From an uncultured delta proteobacterium (GTDB lineage: Bacteria; Desulfobacterota; Desulfomonilia; Desulfomonilales; Desulfomonilaceae): a DNA stretch of 64,000 nucleotides. Location of the stretch: the NCBI GenBank assembly GCA_963798475.1, contig CAWCTI010000018.1:140976-204975 (forward strand), written 5' to 3'. The position numbers and the translations under genes were made by a program. The notes under the pieces are model-generated. The model was not told where the DNA came from, did no database searches, and worked only from the letters and a program-made list of their open reading frames with translations. Position 1 is the first letter of the stretch, and each line of letters opens with the position of its first letter. This document shows positions 7,898 through 16,946 of this stretch, piece by piece.

Positions 7898-9039
7898 AAC
7901 CGTTCCTAAGTATTTGGAAAGATGAGTTTCTACTGATCTTCAAAGACCCCGCGACACTGCTGGTAATGGTTCTCTCTGTGTTTTTCTATTCCCTATTTTA
8001 TCCCATGCCTTATGGCCGCGAGGTGATAACGAAAGTACCAGTGGCTGTGGTAGATTTGGATCGCACACCATTGAGTCGAGAATTGAGTCGCATGATTGAC
8101 GCGACTGAGGAGGTGAACGTCGCCAGTATGCCACGAACACAAAGGGAAGCTGAGCGGCTATTCATGAACCGTACGGTCTATGGCGTCGTCGTCATTCCGA
8201 AAGATTTCGAACGAAAGGTTTGGCGGCAAGACCAAGCTACAGTTTCACTGTATGCAGATGCGGGTTATTTCATGCTGAATCGACAGGTAAGTGGTGGGGT
8301 TCGCTCAGCCGCAGGGACGCTCTCCGCCGGCGTTGAAATCAAGCGCTTACAGGCGGTCGGACAAGGTCCAACAGAAGCGATGACCACCCGCAACCCGTTG
8401 CAGGTGGTCATTACTGCCCTGGGAAACCCCGCCGGTGGATATCTGGCGTACATCGTGCCAGCGGTGTTTACCCTGATTTTGCAGCAAACGTTGCTGATTG
8501 GAATCATCCTGATATCTGGAGCGCCTGGCCGACGCAAAGCGACCATGTCCGGCCGCAACGGAGCGGTCTGCGCAGTTCTGGCTAAGTCCATGGCTTATCT
8601 CCTGCTTTATTTCGTACACACGACGTATTACCTTTTCATTGCGCCCTCTTTCTACGGATTCCGACATCAGGGTGACACGGTGACGATATTTCTCTTTGTC
8701 CTTCCCTTCTTCCTGTCGGTTATCTTTCTTGGTCTGGGGCTGGCCAGCTTGTCCCCGGATCGGGAAGCCCCCATGCTCGCCGTCGTCTTTGGTTCTTTGC
8801 CATTTCTTTTCCTGACTGGTTTCTCATGGCCGCAAGAGGCGTTTCCAACGTGGCTGAGGTTGATTTCCTGGTTGATCCCGACCACTGCCGCGATTGACGG
8901 CCTACTACGAATCAATCAACTCGGGGCAGGGTTGAAGCATGTAGCAAACAACTGGGGGATGCTCTGGGGACTTGTCTTACTGTATTTCCCGGTGGCTTGT
9001 TGGGGGGAGCTAAGAATTCGAAGGCGAAATGTGCGATGA
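7894..9039 (+). CDS. ABC-2 type transporter permease (YbhR-like)
   Basis: ATGA start/stop overlap with the upstream permease. Same topology (TM, large loop, 5-6 TMs). Confidence 0.85.
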   Translation: MKPFLSIWKDEFLLIFKDPATLLVMVLSVFFYSLFYPMPYGREVITKVPVAVVDLDRTPLSRELSRMIDATEEVNVASMPRTQREAERLFMNRTVYGVVVIPKDFERKVWRQDQATVSLYADAGYFMLNRQVSGGVRSAAGTLSAGVEIKRLQAVGQGPTEAMTTRNPLQVVITALGNPAGGYLAYIVPAVFTLILQQTLLIGIILISGAPGRRKATMSGRNGAVCAVLAKSMAYLLLYFVHTTYYLFIAPSFYGFRHQGDTVTIFLFVLPFFLSVIFLGLGLASLSPDREAPMLAVVFGSLPFLFLTGFSWPQEAFPTWLRLISWLIPTTAAIDGLLRINQLGAGLKHVANNWGMLWGLVLLYFPVACWGELRIRRRNVR

Positions 9040-9094
9040 AACCGATTGAGAAAGTTACAACTTTACGGACAATTGAAACCCGATTATATAACTT

Positions 9095-9254
9095 CACTAT
9101 ACTTTAACAGGCATAATAGAGGTCATGTCATTCAGAATGATTGACAACAAATACACCTTTGAGGACATTATAGCCTTCGTGGTTGATCTCATGACTAAAG
9201 CTACAACTCGGGAAAACTGACCAAAATAGATCCAGATGCGCTGAAATGAATATA
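9095..9254 (+). pseudogene. remnant: last ~40 codons plus ~35 nt of 3' flank of a paralogue of the MerR/TetR regulator gene at 34620..35495
   Basis: Translates to HYTLTGIIEVMSFRMIDNKYTFEDIIAFVVDLMTKATTREN*, versus AYALTGIIEVMSLRMMIDNKYTFEDIITFVVDFMTKATTPEN* in the intact gene. DNA similarity continues past the stop codon (ccaaaatagatccagatgcgctgaaatgaatata vs ccaaaagagatccaaatggactgaaatgagtata). Confidence 0.7.
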
Positions 9255-9672
9255 GCGGCGGGTGAATAAGGAATCATGGGTTGTCGTATCAATCCATCCC
9301 CTCGAAAAGTCTACGCCCAATGCCCAAAAGCTGCGCCAGGGATAAACAGCTCAAAGTCAGATCCTGGCAGCAGCATAAAGGTAATTGTCATGGCCGAATT
9401 CGCAAAATCCACGCCAACAAATTGAAACGATAATTTTCAAAATGGACTCGAAGTAGCCACCGCTCCGGGTCCTAGTGGAATCGGCTGTATAAACGATAAT
9501 TCCCAGGAGCCCTAAATAAGCCGTTAAAGTAATATTCACCCACAAAGAAAGGAGACTTGCCAGCTCCACTCTGGCCAACACCCTATTGCAAATGTCGCCA
9601 GGCCGAGGGAAATACAAAGCAATGTCCGCCTGCCAATATCAATCCCCCAGATGAAGTTATCTGTTCTTTCGC

Positions 9673-10371
9673 TCATTCTTCCATTTGGGGAATGTTTTTC
9701 CAGCTCGCTGCACTGACAGCCTGATCAAGGCACAATAAACCTACAACCCTTTCCATTTGCGTGTCTTGTTGTCCAGTGGCGAGGATGTAGGCTTTTACTT
9801 CGACATTATCCGTCCCTTGGATGTCCTCACTTTCAACAGACTGGAGCAGAAGTGACTCCTGGACGATCAGCTGTACAAAAAGGGTTCTGATCTCATGCTC
9901 GGAATTGCTACGACATACAATCCGTAAGATATACAGGCGCTCTCCACCTAAGTTCTGGGTCGTCGATCGATTCATGCTTGTTGCAAGCGGTCGTAGTACC
10001 AGATGTGTCGTGATTATAAAGCCAGCGCCCACAACGGCATGTGGCAGAAAACCCGACCCGGCCAGCGTTCCGACAGCTGCGGCGCACCACAGGGTGGCCG
10101 CAGTATTCAACCCGCGAACACTCATCCCTTCTCTCATCATGAGGCCCGCGCCCAAGAAACCTATGCCCGTAATCACCTGGGCCGCCATGCGGGTATGATC
10201 GTTTATCTGGATTGTCAGTGACGACAGCGAAACGAACAGTGAGGCCCCCAAAGCCACGAGGGCGTTGGTACGCAAGCCCGCATTCCGCTGACGCCTCTGC
10301 CGTTCAAAACCGATCAAGGCCCCTAAAAGCAGGGCAACCAAGTTGTTGAGGGCGAATTGATAGAATGCCAT
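9673..10371 (-). CDS. mgtC: MgtC/SapB family membrane protein
   Basis: LLGALIGFERQRRQRNAGLRTNALVALGASLF is the MgtC signature. Four to five TMs plus a soluble C-terminal domain. Start chosen at MAFYQF (the ORF is open to 10413). Confidence 0.85.
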   Translation of the reverse strand: MAFYQFALNNLVALLLGALIGFERQRRQRNAGLRTNALVALGASLFVSLSSLTIQINDHTRMAAQVITGIGFLGAGLMMREGMSVRGLNTAATLWCAAAVGTLAGSGFLPHAVVGAGFIITTHLVLRPLATSMNRSTTQNLGGERLYILRIVCRSNSEHEIRTLFVQLIVQESLLLQSVESEDIQGTDNVEVKAYILATGQQDTQMERVVGLLCLDQAVSAASWKNIPQMEE

Positions 10372-10858
10372 GCGTCTCTCCTGAAGAAATATCGCGAGCA
10401 TAAAGTTTTTCACTAGAAATGTCTGAAACGGTACAGTTACTATAGTTTATCGATCTCGTACGGTGCAAAGAAATTCTATGCGATAGAAGGACCACAAGTA
10501 GTAGTATATTTAGCGCATTACTAGCGTCTTACAAGAACCGAAATCCATTAGGTTGGTTCCTCGTAGGCCTGTTGTTCGGTCCATTTGGATTCCTCGTAGG
10601 TGCTTTTCCAAAGTATAATAGGAGTATCCTGATTGAGACATGATTCCGCGAATGTTTCTCATTATGCGAATAATCAGGACTATTTCTCTTCCTCCAGTCG
10701 CTTGCGGTCGGTGATATCCGAGTGATGCCAAAGACGCTCATAGGGTTTCCATTGAGGTAATTGTCACCCCCATTCAATGTAATTGACGTCGGGTGGACGA
10801 TTTGAAAAAATATGAGAATGGTGGTGTCAGCGTCCCAACTAACAGGAGTAAATTTGAA

Positions 10859-11446
10859 ATGCTGAAGCACAAGATTAATGTGACTAAAATTCTCATAGCG
10901 TTCGTGGCGCTTGGGTTCGTGTTTGTTTTCATATCTCGAGCGAGCGTTGTCAGAGCGACAGATATTATTAATGACGAGTTCATAGTGGCTTTTACTCAAG
11001 GTCATTGGGAAGAAGTCGAAAACCTTTTGGATAAAGGGGCGGATATAAACGCCAAGGCCGACAATGGTGTAACGGCTTTGATGACGGCTTCTTATGAAGG
11101 AACCCCTGAGGTTGTAAGGCTTCTTTTGAATAAAGGGGCGGATGTAAATGTCAGGAGTAATAGTGGCTATACGGCGCTGATAGTGGCTGCTGGGACCGGT
11201 AATTTGGAAGTGATAAAGTTTCTTCTGGAAAAAGGAGCTGATCCCAACGCTAAGCAAAAAGACGGCATGACGCCACTAATGTTGGCTACTGCCTATGGCC
11301 ACTTTAAAGTGGCAAAGTTTCTTCTGGACAATGGAGCGGATGCTAACGCCAAGGACAATGCTGGTCGGTCAGTGCTTGAGCTAGCGTCGAAGAAGGGAAA
11401 CAATGAGATGGTGAATCTTCTCAAGGCTCACGGAGCCAAGGAGTGA
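10859..11446 (+). CDS. ankyrin-repeat protein with N-terminal signal/anchor
   Basis: ATG 10859 follows aggag. Anchor ILIAFVALGFVFVFISRA, then at least 4 ankyrin repeats (GADINAKADNGVTALMTA, GADVNVRSNSGYTALIVA, GADPNAKQKDGMTPLMLA, GADANAKDNAGRSVLELA). Confidence 0.85.
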   Translation: MLKHKINVTKILIAFVALGFVFVFISRASVVRATDIINDEFIVAFTQGHWEEVENLLDKGADINAKADNGVTALMTASYEGTPEVVRLLLNKGADVNVRSNSGYTALIVAAGTGNLEVIKFLLEKGADPNAKQKDGMTPLMLATAYGHFKVAKFLLDNGADANAKDNAGRSVLELASKKGNNEMVNLLKAHGAKE

Positions 11447-11848
11447 CAGCTTGCTAAGAAGAGAGGACCAGGCCAGGATTTTGGTGGTTTGGGACCGATG
11501 AACCGTCGCAAGGGCTGGAAAGCACAGGGTTATTGGGCCATTAGGCACACGATTTTCTAACCCGTTTGTTATTATGAGATTTCCCCCAACCTACGGGCCG
11601 GAGGAAATTTGGGCTGCCAATCTAAATCGGCATAACAGATTCAAACCCGGTCTGGAGATATGTACAACGCATTATGTCAGTGCTTGAGACATCTTGATTT
11701 TGCCGGTGGAGAATTTCCCCAATTTCCGTAAAGCCGACAAGAGCACGCTGGAATCGCCCAAATTGGCCTGCGATTATATTCGTAAAGAGGGATACGAACA
11801 TCGTATCACATGGCCACTGTGACAAGTAGAATAGAACTTCAACGACAA

Positions 11849-12451
11849 TTATAATATTTGAAGATACGTATCCACGGCCTTTTTCTGGCCCTCACTCGTT
11901 AGCCCATGAATTTGCTCGTAATTGGCATCTAGTAGCTCAATTATGCCTATGTCCAAAAAGCGCTTATTGCCTAGATCTTTCAATATAGACATGACATCAT
12001 TCTTATTCATGCCTTGTCTGTAAGCGCGATCTTCAGCCAATGCCGTGAAAATATCGGCGACTGAAACTATTCGAGATCCTGTGTCAATCAATTTCCCATC
12101 AAGGTGAAAGGGATATCCCGAACCATCTAATCTCTCATGATGAAATCCGGCCCATGCGGTAACTTGCTGTAATCCGCCTATGCTGCTCAATGCCATGTAA
12201 GTCGTATAGGCGTGTTGTTGTATCACAGCAAATTCCTTGTCCGTGAGTTTGCTGTCTTTTTCCAAAATGCTATTAGGAATGGCCATTTTCCCCAGATCGT
12301 GTAAATTCCCGGCGATCTTCATCAACTCAGTTTCCAACTCAGTAAGGCCAAATAACTTGCCAATTGTTGAAGCGGCGACAGACACTCCGGTCGAATGCGC
12401 CACGGTGAATTTTGACCTGAAATCAACTAAAGTCCTCGCAAATTCGGACAA
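11849..12451 (-). CDS. HD-GYP domain protein (c-di-GMP phosphodiesterase family); possibly the 3' part of a split gene
   Basis: HSTGV...AGNLHDLGKMAIP...HHERLDGSGYP is the HD and GYP signature. The only start available is TTG. Confidence 0.8.
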   Translation of the reverse strand: MSEFARTLVDFRSKFTVAHSTGVSVAASTIGKLFGLTELETELMKIAGNLHDLGKMAIPNSILEKDSKLTDKEFAVIQQHAYTTYMALSSIGGLQQVTAWAGFHHERLDGSGYPFHLDGKLIDTGSRIVSVADIFTALAEDRAYRQGMNKNDVMSILKDLGNKRFLDIGIIELLDANYEQIHGLTSEGQKKAVDTYLQIL

Positions 12452-13110
12452 AATAATGAAATGACAAGTTCTACCTCAATTCCTCGACATGGAGCACTGT
12501 GCTGGAGCAACGAGTACAACTTTGGTGATGTCATGTCCAGCCAGAAACCCTGATTCCCTGCGACGGATTTTAGCAAATCAATCACTAAGGGATGAATTTG
12601 ATTGTCTGAGAGGGATGACACCCCAGAGACTAGTTCATCATTCTGATGTAAGATGTACTCGTCTCTATTAACAAATAGTTCGAGTGTATCAGCCAAAAAG
12701 AGAATCTGTGACTGCAAAATAAGTTGGTTTTCTATAGGCTCACTCCAGTCTCTCCAAGGTCTATGGTGATTTCGAACGATTTTAGCGCAAGGTTCGAAAA
12801 TAGGGACCGTTTGAAGGACCCGTTCTCCTCGGAGGCAATGGTCATCGAGATTTTCAGTCTGTCCGCTACAAAGAGCAATTTTTTCGTGGGGTGACAGGGC
12901 TCCCAGGTCGTGAAGCAGGGCCGCTATAAAAAGATATCTCAAGGGTTCCGACGACAGTCTAGCGGCTTTACCTAGTTCCCATGCCACAAAGGCTGACCTA
13001 ATCTGACGTTGAAATAGCCTTGCGCTACCCAAGTCTAATGCCTCTGACAGACAAAGCGCCAAATCGAGAAGATATAGACGAACATTAAGATACACCTCGA
13101 CTCCTCCCAA
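12427..13110 (-). CDS. HD-domain protein (degenerate HD-GYP-like); possibly the 5' part of a split tandem-HD gene
   Basis: AALLHDLGAL and RNHHRPW motifs. TTG/GTG start only. Its 3' end overlaps the next ORF by 25 nt in another frame. Confidence 0.65.
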   Translation of the reverse strand: MGGVEVYLNVRLYLLDLALCLSEALDLGSARLFQRQIRSAFVAWELGKAARLSSEPLRYLFIAALLHDLGALSPHEKIALCSGQTENLDDHCLRGERVLQTVPIFEPCAKIVRNHHRPWRDWSEPIENQLILQSQILFLADTLELFVNRDEYILHQNDELVSGVSSLSDNQIHPLVIDLLKSVAGNQGFWLDMTSPKLYSLLQHSAPCRGIEVELVISLFCPNLRGL

Positions 13111-13165
13111 CTATTTTTGCAGTTGGTTGCTTACAGAATCCACATCGAACCATTTATCAGACTTA

Positions 13166-14271
13166 TAGCGATTCTCGAAAATAATCGCGAAAAGAACGCG
13201 ACTTTTTTATCGAGATGTGGTTATCTGTCGGTATGTGTCGTCAACGAAACATGCCTAACCCGGAAAACTGCGCTTTAGCTGAATTAGAGACCGCAGCGAA
13301 GGCCTCGTCGGTCCAGCGGTCGTATGTTCGTCTGATGGCTATCAAGGCCTTGATAATGGGGCTGCCCCATAAGCAGGTGGCTGCCTTGTTCGGTGTAAAT
13401 GAGGACTCGGTTTCCCGTTGGGTGAGACGTTTTAATCAACGGGGTATCGATGGGCTTACAGAAGGTCCCCGCTCTGGGCGTCCTCCCAAAATCAGCGGGG
13501 AGCAGGCCTATGAATATTCCAAGTTGGTCTTACATCCAGAACTGGTCAATGAGACCCACTGGACCGGACGTAAGTTTCACGGATATCTCACCAGGCATTG
13601 CCAGATGGAGGCAGGCTACAGCACACTTATGCGGTGGCTTCACGATGAGGATTTTCGGCTGAAGGTCCCTCGCCCCTGGCCGGATGGCCAGGATGAAGAA
13701 AAAAGAAAGGTCTTCATTGAACTGATCAGGAAGTTTCTTGGTGATCAATGCGTGGATCTTTGGTTTCTCGACGAGTGTGGTGTCGAAGGAGATCCTCGTC
13801 CGAAAAGGCGTTTTGCTAAAAAAGGAGACAAAATCCGTCAAGCATACGGCGGGGCGCATCTCCGAATGAATGTCACGGGCATGGTCTTGCCAAGAAAAGG
13901 TGAATTCTATGCGCTAGAATTTAGCCATTCCGATACGGAGATCTTCCAGATCTTCCTGAATCACGCCAATAGGGACATCAAGTTCGAGCGTCCTCGCAAT
14001 CTACTCATCCTGGACAATGCGTCTTGGCACAAGAGTAAATCACTGGACTGGGGGGAATTTGAGCCGATTTTTCTTCCACCTTATTCTCCAGATCTTAACC
14101 CCATTGAACGCCTCTGGCTCGTTATGAAGGGCGAATGGTTTTCTGGATTCTACGCTAAAACCAAAGATCAACTAATCGAGAGACTCACCGACGCTCTCAG
14201 ATGGCTTATGACCAGACAAGATGAAAACACTAAAACTTGCGCCATTCCGACAGAACTTTAGAGAAGCGCTA
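13166..14271 (+). mobile_element. IS630-family insertion sequence with 16-bp TIRs and TA target duplication
   Basis: Left TIR is tagcgattctcgaaaa (13166-13181). Right TIR reverse complement is tagcgcttctctaaag (14256-14271). They match at 13/16. TA at 13164-13165 and 14272-14273. The transposase stop codon lies inside the right TIR. Confidence 0.8.
13215..14261 (+). CDS. IS630 family transposase (HTH + DDE)
   Basis: N-terminal HTH (QVAALFGVNEDSVSRWVRRF) and DDE region (WFLDECGV, LILDNASWHKS, LPPYSPDLNPIERLW). An alternative ATG is at 13251. Confidence 0.9.
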   Translation: MWLSVGMCRQRNMPNPENCALAELETAAKASSVQRSYVRLMAIKALIMGLPHKQVAALFGVNEDSVSRWVRRFNQRGIDGLTEGPRSGRPPKISGEQAYEYSKLVLHPELVNETHWTGRKFHGYLTRHCQMEAGYSTLMRWLHDEDFRLKVPRPWPDGQDEEKRKVFIELIRKFLGDQCVDLWFLDECGVEGDPRPKRRFAKKGDKIRQAYGGAHLRMNVTGMVLPRKGEFYALEFSHSDTEIFQIFLNHANRDIKFERPRNLLILDNASWHKSKSLDWGEFEPIFLPPYSPDLNPIERLWLVMKGEWFSGFYAKTKDQLIERLTDALRWLMTRQDENTKTCAIPTEL

Positions 14272-14563
14272 TAAAAAGCAATATCCGAAACATAATGCGT
14301 TTACTCTCCTTTTTCAATTTTAATTATTGAGCCTCCTGTGAAAACATATTTCGGTTTTTTGGCTGGCAGAGTGGGCACTAAAGGAGACTCGTCTGAGCGT
14401 CATGGAGCATCTTAATAGACAGGCTCTGGTGTAATAGTCTAGCGCATGCTAGCGAGCAGGAATAGCATCCAAGGCAGCGTTCCATTCTGGTAGCTCGAAG
14501 TATTTTCATGATGACCTGCCGTATATTGAAGCAGAAAGTTTCATGCCGGTTTTGAGCACCGAC

Positions 14564-15856
14564 CTATGTCATCGGATGTGGCTGGCCCGTGCAGGAGAGC
14601 ACGGTACTCCAGAGCCTTCCCTCGGGCTCTATCTTTCTCCGAGCTGCAACGGCCATTGCGATTGGCACGTGTGTGAACTCGCGTTGCCAGGCACCGACTA
14701 CCATGTTGGTCCTCCCCGCCATGGCTGCATGAACCGCGTTTCGCCCTAGCGTCAAGCAAAACGCTGAATCGAAAGGATTTGCAGGCATGCTCCGAATCGT
14801 GTAGCTAGGGTCGATGTATTTCAGGTTGAGTTCCATACCCAACTTCTTAAAGTGCTCAACAATCTGTTCTTTTAGATACAATCCCACATCACCAAAACGA
14901 ACGTTTCCCGATGCGTCCCTGTCGGCCGTGGCCTGAAGGAGATCCTGACCCGCTCCTTCAGCCACAACGATAACCGCACGGCCGCGATGCTTCAGTCTGT
15001 CCTCCAGGGATCGAAAGAGCGCCTCCATGGTGAACTTGACCTCCGGAACCAGGCAGAAGTTGACGTAGTTCGTGGAAAGAGATGCGAAGGCTGCAATAAA
15101 TCCCGACTCTCTACCCATCAGTTTTACCAGTCCGACCCCGTTTCTCGCTCCGAGAGCTTCCGTATGAGCGGCATAGATGGACCCTCTTGCCTCGCTCACA
15201 GCCGTCACAAAACCGAAGGACATATCCACATTCGAGATGTCATTGTCGATGGTCTTTGGGACACCGATAACGGAGATCTTCAAGTCGCGTCGGCCGACCT
15301 CTTGCGCTATATCTCCGGCTCCTCTGAGCGTTCCATCTCCACCGATAGCGAACAGGACGCCGACATTCATGCGTTCGAGTGTGTCGACCATCTCCCCGAC
15401 ATCTTGCGGTCCGCGAGAGGAACCCAGAAGGGTTCCACCTTTTTCCTGAATGTCGGAAACGAGGTCGGGTGTGAGTTCAATGGGTATGTGCCCGTGTTTG
15501 TACGTGAGGCCTTCATACCCGTACGGGAAACCGAAGACAGTTCGAACTCCGTAGTGGTGGAACAGGCCGAGGACTATGGATCGTATCACGTCGTTGAGTC
15601 CTGGACACAATCCCCCGCAGGTGACGATTCCGCATTTGAGTTTTGAAGGATCAAAGAAGATTCGTTGTCGAGGGCCTGCCATTTCGAAAGCAGGAGGCTG
15701 TTGCCCAGAACGGAGGAACCCCTGAATTTCTGCAAGAGTCCTGTGATAGAGGACTCGTTCATCGTCACTCACGAATTGAGTGGCGGCCATGGGAGAGGGA
15801 ATCCTGCATTCGCCGAGCGTCTGGATGTCGAAATCGGAAGTGTTCAATTCTATCAT
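14564..15856 (-). CDS. pfkA: 6-phosphofructokinase, PfkA superfamily (phosphoryl donor not assignable)
   Basis: GGLCPGLNDVIR, AIGGDGTLRGA, IGVPKTIDNDI and MGRESGFIA motifs. Confidence 0.9.
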   Translation of the reverse strand: MIELNTSDFDIQTLGECRIPSPMAATQFVSDDERVLYHRTLAEIQGFLRSGQQPPAFEMAGPRQRIFFDPSKLKCGIVTCGGLCPGLNDVIRSIVLGLFHHYGVRTVFGFPYGYEGLTYKHGHIPIELTPDLVSDIQEKGGTLLGSSRGPQDVGEMVDTLERMNVGVLFAIGGDGTLRGAGDIAQEVGRRDLKISVIGVPKTIDNDISNVDMSFGFVTAVSEARGSIYAAHTEALGARNGVGLVKLMGRESGFIAAFASLSTNYVNFCLVPEVKFTMEALFRSLEDRLKHRGRAVIVVAEGAGQDLLQATADRDASGNVRFGDVGLYLKEQIVEHFKKLGMELNLKYIDPSYTIRSMPANPFDSAFCLTLGRNAVHAAMAGRTNMVVGAWQREFTHVPIAMAVAARRKIEPEGRLWSTVLSCTGQPHPMT

Positions 15857-15915
15857 GAAGATACCCCTTAACTTGACAAGCTTTCATAGGCATTGAGTTG
15901 CAGTCTACCAGCTTC

Positions 15916-16896
15916 TCATGCGCTGCCTGCGCTACCGAGGACATGCTCGTTCTTATACTTGATCATTCGGATCAACTCGTCACGTGCCGGGCCGAGGTAT
16001 TTTCGCGGGTCGAACTCTCCAGGTTTTTCTGCAAAGACCTTCCGGATCATGGCAGTCATGGCGAGTCTACCGTCGCTATCGATGTTGATCTTGCACACCG
16101 CCGACTGAGCAGCCCGCCTCAGTTGTTCCTCCGGTATGCCCACAGCTTGCTCCATCGATCCCCCACACTTGTTGATCAACGCCACATACTCGGGCATTAC
16201 TGTTGATGCGCCGTGCAGCACTATGGGAAAACCCGGTATTCGACGCTCGACTTCCTCTAAAATATCAAACCTGAGAGACGGGGGTTCCTCGCCAGGTTTG
16301 AGCTTAAACTTGTAGGCCCCGTGGGAAGTGCCGATAGAGATGGCCAGACTGTCAACGTTGGTCTTTCCAACAAATTCCTCAACCTCTGAGGGCTTCGTGT
16401 AGTGCGACACCTCTGATGACACAGCATCCTCCACTCCTGACAAAACGCCGAGTTCTCCTTCAACAGTGACATCACACTCATGGGCATAATCCACCACCTT
16501 CTTCGTGAGTTGAATGTTTTCCTCGAACGAGTAGTGGGATCCATCTATCATCACGGACGAAAACCCTGAATCTATGCATGACATGCACAGTTCAAAGGAA
16601 TCTCCGTGGTCGAGGTGAAGGGCCACCGGTACAGAACCGCTGAGCTCCTTCATCATCTCCACTGCTCCTCTCACCATGAACCTAAGCAGTGTTGAATTCA
16701 TGTATTTTATGGCGCTGCTCGAGCACTGTAAGATCACAGGAGATCTTGATTCGGAACAGCCCATGAGGATCGCCTGAAGTTGCTCCATGTTATTGAAGTT
16801 GTACGCCGGGATGGCGTATCGACCTTCCATGGCCCGCATGAACATGTCTTTGGTGTTTACGAGCCCTAAATCGGAATACTTGGCAATAGAAGTCAT
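15916..16896 (-). CDS. fba: class II fructose-1,6-bisphosphate aldolase
   Basis: PAYNFNNMEQ, ALHLDHG, SIGTSHGAYKF and LHGAS motifs. Confidence 0.9.
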   Translation of the reverse strand: MTSIAKYSDLGLVNTKDMFMRAMEGRYAIPAYNFNNMEQLQAILMGCSESRSPVILQCSSSAIKYMNSTLLRFMVRGAVEMMKELSGSVPVALHLDHGDSFELCMSCIDSGFSSVMIDGSHYSFEENIQLTKKVVDYAHECDVTVEGELGVLSGVEDAVSSEVSHYTKPSEVEEFVGKTNVDSLAISIGTSHGAYKFKLKPGEEPPSLRFDILEEVERRIPGFPIVLHGASTVMPEYVALINKCGGSMEQAVGIPEEQLRRAAQSAVCKINIDSDGRLAMTAMIRKVFAEKPGEFDPRKYLGPARDELIRMIKYKNEHVLGSAGSA

Positions 16897-16946
16897 CTTG
16901 ATCTCCTTAAAACGGTTTTATGGCTACTCCTCCAGCTATCTCGCGC

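Noticed and set aside
9357-9617. 86-aa minus-strand ORF downstream of mgtC
   Set aside because: It has only a TTG start, no RBS and no motif. One hydrophobic stretch is insufficient. It could be a small membrane protein but is unsupported.
10530-10640. Plus-strand frame reading ...NRNPLGWFLVGLLFGPFGFLVGAFPK..., resembling a common small-TM C-terminal motif
   Set aside because: The frame has no ATG, GTG or TTG between the upstream stop (near 10464) and the motif. At best it is a gene remnant in the mgtC/ankyrin divergent region.
10529-11257. 242-aa minus-strand ORF
   Set aside because: It is antisense to the ankyrin-repeat gene, whose repeats are clear. The translation has no motif and is low-complexity.
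11700-11822. Protein-like plus-strand frame (…PVENFPNFRKADKSTLESPKLACDYIRKEGYEHRITWPL*)
   Set aside because: It is less than 45 codons between stops, has only weak alternative starts and no RBS. It is probably a remnant or chance.
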